This document shows, in pieces, positions 36,654 through 40,315 of a DNA stretch of 40,315 nucleotides. The notes beneath the pieces were generated by a model. That model worked only from the letters and a program-made list of their open reading frames with translations. It had not been told where the DNA came from and did no database searches. Both the position numbers and the translations under genes were made by a program. Position 1 is the first letter of the stretch. The number at the start of each line of letters is the position of its first letter. Source of the stretch: Oscillibacter sp. (lineage in GTDB: Bacteria > Bacillota > Clostridia > Oscillospirales > Oscillospiraceae); the NCBI GenBank assembly GCA_022801815.1, contig JAAWTB010000001.1:1-40315 (forward strand), given 5' to 3'.

Positions 36654-37040
36654 CTATTGGTACACGGACTTCTCTCTTGCAAGCTTCCGGTTCACCACTT
36701 GGTCCAGATCCACAAGCTGCTTCAAGACCCTCCGGTTCAGGCCCACTTGGTTTGCCAGAGGGGCCTCCTCCTCCGCTTTCGCCGCCTCCCCCTGCAAAAG
36801 GGCTGCAAGGCGGGCAGCGTCGGCCTCGGACAGGGCCTGCCGCTGCTGGTCCAGGGCCTGATAGGCCCTGGCCAGCTTGTCGGTGGGCTCCTGCCGCATG
36901 GAAACCAGAAGCTGCGCCGCCACCTCGTCATTCCGGTCCGCGGCGTCCGCCATCTGGCGGGTCAGGTCCAAAGCCTCGTTCAGCGCGGTGTAAACTCGTT
37001 TCAGCTGTACATGTGCGTCCAGCAGCGCCTTTGCTTCCAT
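36654..37040 (-). CDS. Hypothetical helical protein, possible FliT/FlgN-like export chaperone
   Basis: 128-aa helical protein right after fliS, at the usual fliT position. Confidence 0.6.
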   Translation of the reverse strand: MEAKALLDAHVQLKRVYTALNEALDLTRQMADAADRNDEVAAQLLVSMRQEPTDKLARAYQALDQQRQALSEADAARLAALLQGEAAKAEEEAPLANQVGLNRRVLKQLVDLDQVVNRKLAREKSVYQ

Positions 37041-37048
37041 TCCGGTCC

Positions 37049-37426
37049 CTACTTTCCCGAATCGCCGTTCTTCTGCGCTTGGCGGAACGCGTCCCGCAGT
37101 TCACCCACCATGGTCTTCACGTGGGTCAGCACCTCTTTGCGGCGGCCAATTTTCGCCCGGCCCAGCTCATAGGTAAAGTACTCGTAGAGCTGTGTCAGAT
37201 TTCCACTGATGGGATACTGCCGGTCCAGCGTGGAGTCCAGGTAATCAATGATGGCGACGGCCCGCTCTACAGAGGCCTCGTACACGGGGTAATTCTCTTG
37301 GTCCAGCATGAGCTCCGCCTGTGCCAGGCGCTTATACAACTCGTCATACAGCAGCAGCAGCAGCTCGCCCTGGGTCATGGTGTTGACGCTCTGCTCCTTG
37401 TATTGCTGGTATCCTTTCATATCCAT
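37049..37426 (-). CDS. fliS: Flagellin chaperone FliS
   Basis: YKEQSVNTMTQGELLLLLYDE, LDRQYPISGNL..LYEY and ELRDAF motifs. Confidence 0.95.
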   Translation of the reverse strand: MDMKGYQQYKEQSVNTMTQGELLLLLYDELYKRLAQAELMLDQENYPVYEASVERAVAIIDYLDSTLDRQYPISGNLTQLYEYFTYELGRAKIGRRKEVLTHVKTMVGELRDAFRQAQKNGDSGK

Positions 37427-37453
37427 TGTCTGTGGATCACCGCCTTACTCATA

Positions 37454-40147
37454 TCAGCCTCCCATCATCAGCTGGGAGAAGTAAGAACTCTGGGAGTTCA
37501 TCTGCTGGATCAGCTGCTCCAGCCGGGAGAACTGGCTGGTGTAGTAATCCACTTGGTCGCTCATTTTGTCCTGCCACTTTTCAATTTGTTCGTCAATTTG
37601 GTTGAGTTCTTTTTGGATGGTGTTGCTGTACATGGTGCTGGGGGCCAGGGGAGAGCCGGCTTTGTCCACCAGGATGCCCTTGCCGCCGGTGGTCTTGCCG
37701 TACTGGTCCAAAGGCTGCTTCAGCGCCTGCATCAGCCCGTTGCTCTTGGCGCCGGACTCGGTGCTGGCGGTAAAGGCGTCCCGCACCTTGTCAGGGTCGC
37801 TGTCCAGGGCGGCCCGGAACTTCTCTTCATTGAAGTCCAGGGTACTCAGGCCGTTGGTGTAGTTCACGGTAATGCCCGCCGCCCGGAGGGCCGCCCCGTT
37901 CTCCCCGGTGACGGAGATGGCGGAGGTCAGGCGGTTATACAGATTGCGCAGGTCGTTGTCTCCGAACAGAATGCCCTGTTTGGCCTTTTCCTCCCAATTG
38001 TTGATGGCCGTTTCGCTCATGCCCTCCTGGTCCTCGTCGGTCAGGGGCTCGTAGTACGCGCCGTTGGACCGTTGGGCGGGAAGGGTGGAGTACGCGTTTT
38101 TGATTTCCGTGACCATCGCGTTGTAATCGTCGATCATGGCCTTTACGGCATCCACAATCTTATCGGAGTCCGAGCTGGTTTCAAAGGTAACGGGCTCCAC
38201 GTTCACCGGCTTATCCGTATACTGAACCTTTCCGTCCGCGTCCAGCACGTCGTTTCCGTCCGCGTCCTTCACCGTCTCATAGCCAAACACCCCCTTGAGG
38301 TTGATGCTCAGCCCGTCAAATTCCACGGTATTGCTGCTCCGGCTGATTTCCTTTAGCTCGGTTCCGTTGATGCTGACGCTGAAAATGGCGTCCGTGCCTT
38401 CTTTGTAAAGCTTTTCGCCGTTCCCGTCCACGGCGTCTTTGGACACCGCGCCGAACAGCTTCTCGGAAAGCCCGCTGGTTTCAATCTTGGAGTTGGCCCC
38501 GGAATCCTTGCTGGTAAAGACAAATTCATTCGTGGTTTTGGAATAATTGACCTTTACTCCGGAGTCGCTGTTGCCGTTGATGGTGTTCAGCACGGTTTGG
38601 AGGCTGGTGTTTTTGCTGAACCGTCCGATTTCCTTGCCGTCGTTCATTTTGAAGGAATACAGGATGTCACCCTTCGAGTCCGTCTCATAGACGGGGTTCC
38701 CGTCTTTGTCCGTTTCGTAAATGGGGTTTCCGTCTTCGTCCTTCATCTCTTTTCCGTCGGCGTCCTTCTTTACCTTTCGGATTGCCTCGCTCTCCAGGGC
38801 CTTAAAGTCGTCCTCCCCCAGAAACTCGCCCAGGGTCTTGTTGGTGTTGAGGTAGCTGGTCAGAGTCTTGCTCTCCCCCATGCCCAGGGTCTTGCCCTTT
38901 TGGGAGTACACGGAGAAGGTGGATCCCTTCTGGGTGGCGGAGAACTCCAGCTGGATGCCCTGGCCGCCGGTTTTATCGTCAGCGATGTCCTTGACCTCAA
39001 ATTTGCCCTCTCCGAAGACGTCGTTGATGTTTTTCTGAAGGGCTTTGACATACGCGTCGTCCCGCATCTGGCGGCTCTCGGCGCTGTTCAGCTCCTCGCC
39101 TTTTTCAATCTTTTCCTTCAGCGCATCGTAGTACTTATAGCTCTTATCCAGGTTCGCGATGATGTCCTCCTGGCTGGGCAGCTTCACGCTTTTTTGTACG
39201 CCGTCCAGCGTGACGGTCAGGCTGCCGCCCTCCAGGTACTGGCCCACGGTCTTGCTGTCGTCCACCAGGTTCCCGGCTATACCCTTGGCGAGGATGGCCT
39301 TCGTCTGCTTGCCGCTGGCGGAACTGAGGTCGCTCACCCCGCCCAGCAGATTCTTCCGGATGTTTTCGTCCGCCGCACTGATATAGACATTGTTCTTTTT
39401 CGGGTCGGTGAAGGTGATATTTCCCAGTTCATCCACCTCGGCCTTGACCACCTTATCCAGCAGCTCGTCGCCGGTGTAGCTGGTGCTCCCGATGTTGACC
39501 GTCTGCTCCTTCAGCTGCTTGTTGATCTCTTCCGCGATTTTTTCCGCCTTTTCCTTGGTGTTTCCCTCAAAGAGCATATCCTCATCAAAGTTGATATAGA
39601 GCTTGCTCTCCGCACTGCTGCCGCCGTAGGTCAAGGTCATGCTCCCGGAGATGGTGCTGACGGGGTGCTTCGCCGAGAGGTCGAAGGAGGACCCCGCCGA
39701 GACGGAAGGCGTGCTGGTCAGGCCCGAGGTCTGGCCGTCCAGAACGCTGCCGCTGAGGCGGTAGGCGGCAGAGGAAGCCAGCTGCTTCACCCGGTTGATC
39801 TGCACATTGCTGGTGCTCTTTCCGGTGGCGGTGACCATATCGGCATATTTGCCCTTGGCCACGGTCTTCACCGCCTGGTCGAAAAAGCTGGTGGACATCA
39901 GATTGTTGGAAGAGCGGTAGGAGGTGTACTTGTCCGTAAAGACAGACATCTTGTTGATGATGCTCCGGTAGGCCTCCTGCTTCCACTCGGTCTTCGTGCG
40001 TTTTTGGCCCAATGCCATAATCTTGTTTTTGTACGAGGATATTACATTTTCGATCATGCTCTCCGTGTCCAGGCCGCTGGCCAGGCCGGTGAGTACGTTG
40101 CGATTGCCGTAAATGCTGTTGGATCTGCTTACGCCGCTGACTGCCAT
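37454..40147 (-). CDS. fliD: Flagellar filament cap protein FliD, enlarged
   Basis: GLASGLDTESMI..WKQEAYR N-domain; YEPLTDE..MSE..WEEKAKQGIL; C-terminal YYTSQFSRLEQLIQQMNSQ. Start at MAVSGV behind AAAGGAG. Confidence 0.95.
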   Translation of the reverse strand: MAVSGVSRSNSIYGNRNVLTGLASGLDTESMIENVISSYKNKIMALGQKRTKTEWKQEAYRSIINKMSVFTDKYTSYRSSNNLMSTSFFDQAVKTVAKGKYADMVTATGKSTSNVQINRVKQLASSAAYRLSGSVLDGQTSGLTSTPSVSAGSSFDLSAKHPVSTISGSMTLTYGGSSAESKLYINFDEDMLFEGNTKEKAEKIAEEINKQLKEQTVNIGSTSYTGDELLDKVVKAEVDELGNITFTDPKKNNVYISAADENIRKNLLGGVSDLSSASGKQTKAILAKGIAGNLVDDSKTVGQYLEGGSLTVTLDGVQKSVKLPSQEDIIANLDKSYKYYDALKEKIEKGEELNSAESRQMRDDAYVKALQKNINDVFGEGKFEVKDIADDKTGGQGIQLEFSATQKGSTFSVYSQKGKTLGMGESKTLTSYLNTNKTLGEFLGEDDFKALESEAIRKVKKDADGKEMKDEDGNPIYETDKDGNPVYETDSKGDILYSFKMNDGKEIGRFSKNTSLQTVLNTINGNSDSGVKVNYSKTTNEFVFTSKDSGANSKIETSGLSEKLFGAVSKDAVDGNGEKLYKEGTDAIFSVSINGTELKEISRSSNTVEFDGLSINLKGVFGYETVKDADGNDVLDADGKVQYTDKPVNVEPVTFETSSDSDKIVDAVKAMIDDYNAMVTEIKNAYSTLPAQRSNGAYYEPLTDEDQEGMSETAINNWEEKAKQGILFGDNDLRNLYNRLTSAISVTGENGAALRAAGITVNYTNGLSTLDFNEEKFRAALDSDPDKVRDAFTASTESGAKSNGLMQALKQPLDQYGKTTGGKGILVDKAGSPLAPSTMYSNTIQKELNQIDEQIEKWQDKMSDQVDYYTSQFSRLEQLIQQMNSQSSYFSQLMMGG

Positions 40148-40242
40148 ATGCTGCAACTCCTTTCAAGGATTCCGGCGACGTCCCGGCCCTTCCGGCCCGG
40201 AACATCGAAGTTAGATTTTTTTTGATATTCCTCTATGTTTTT

Positions 40243-40270
40243 TTATCGACATATAGTATAATAAAAATAA
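40243..40270 (-). promoter_or_regulatory. Probable sigma28 promoter of the fliD operon
   Basis: Minus strand reads TTAT-N16-GTCGATAA. Confidence 0.6.
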
Positions 40271-40295
40271 GAGGTCCCCGTTTAGTTTTTACAGT

Positions 40296-40315
40296 AAGGA
40301 GGAAAATCCTTTGAC
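40296..40315 (+). other. RBS and possible TTG start of a divergent gene running off the window
   Basis: AAGGAGG at 40296-40302, TTG at 40311, and TATAAT at 40257-40262. Confidence 0.45.

Noticed and set aside
1-40315. CRISPR array, tRNA/rRNA, IS or prophage
   Set aside because: No regularly spaced repeat-spacer units, RNA gene signatures, or transposase/integrase/phage motifs were recognised.

Overview
High-GC chromosomal window from a Gram-positive-type (Bacillota/Clostridia-like, probably Oscillospiraceae-like; taxonomy is inferred from SLH proteins, the fliW-csrA pair and a Cheo-type LexA box) genome. Positions 1-5.6 kb hold housekeeping genes: a nucleoside ABC ATPase fragment, a BMP lipoprotein, deoD, deoC, a secreted trypsin-like protease, secG and lexA. 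Positions 5.7-40.3 kb are a late-flagellar and chemotaxis region: fliD-fliS, an MCP, cheA-W-R-B, flgM-N-K-L, DUF6470-fliW-csrA and a YjfB-like gene, with sigma28-type promoters. Between fliS and cheA lies a block of non-canonical genes. On the plus strand it is a FliK-like/FlhB-like/PilZ/SLH/SLH/PilZ operon and a stand-alone Clp-D2-type AAA+ ATPase that keeps an LGF loop. On the minus strand it is a degenerate orphan FtsE-like ATPase, an FtsA-like actin-fold ATPase with ubiquitin-like-looking C-terminal repeats, and a Lys/Ala-rich bitopic protein. This block is the best candidate for an undescribed flagellum-associated envelope module. FlgK, FlgL and FliD are enlarged by related acidic DxxG repeats. 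No rRNA, tRNA, CRISPR array or mobile element was recognised. All calls come from reading motifs by eye; no database searches were run.
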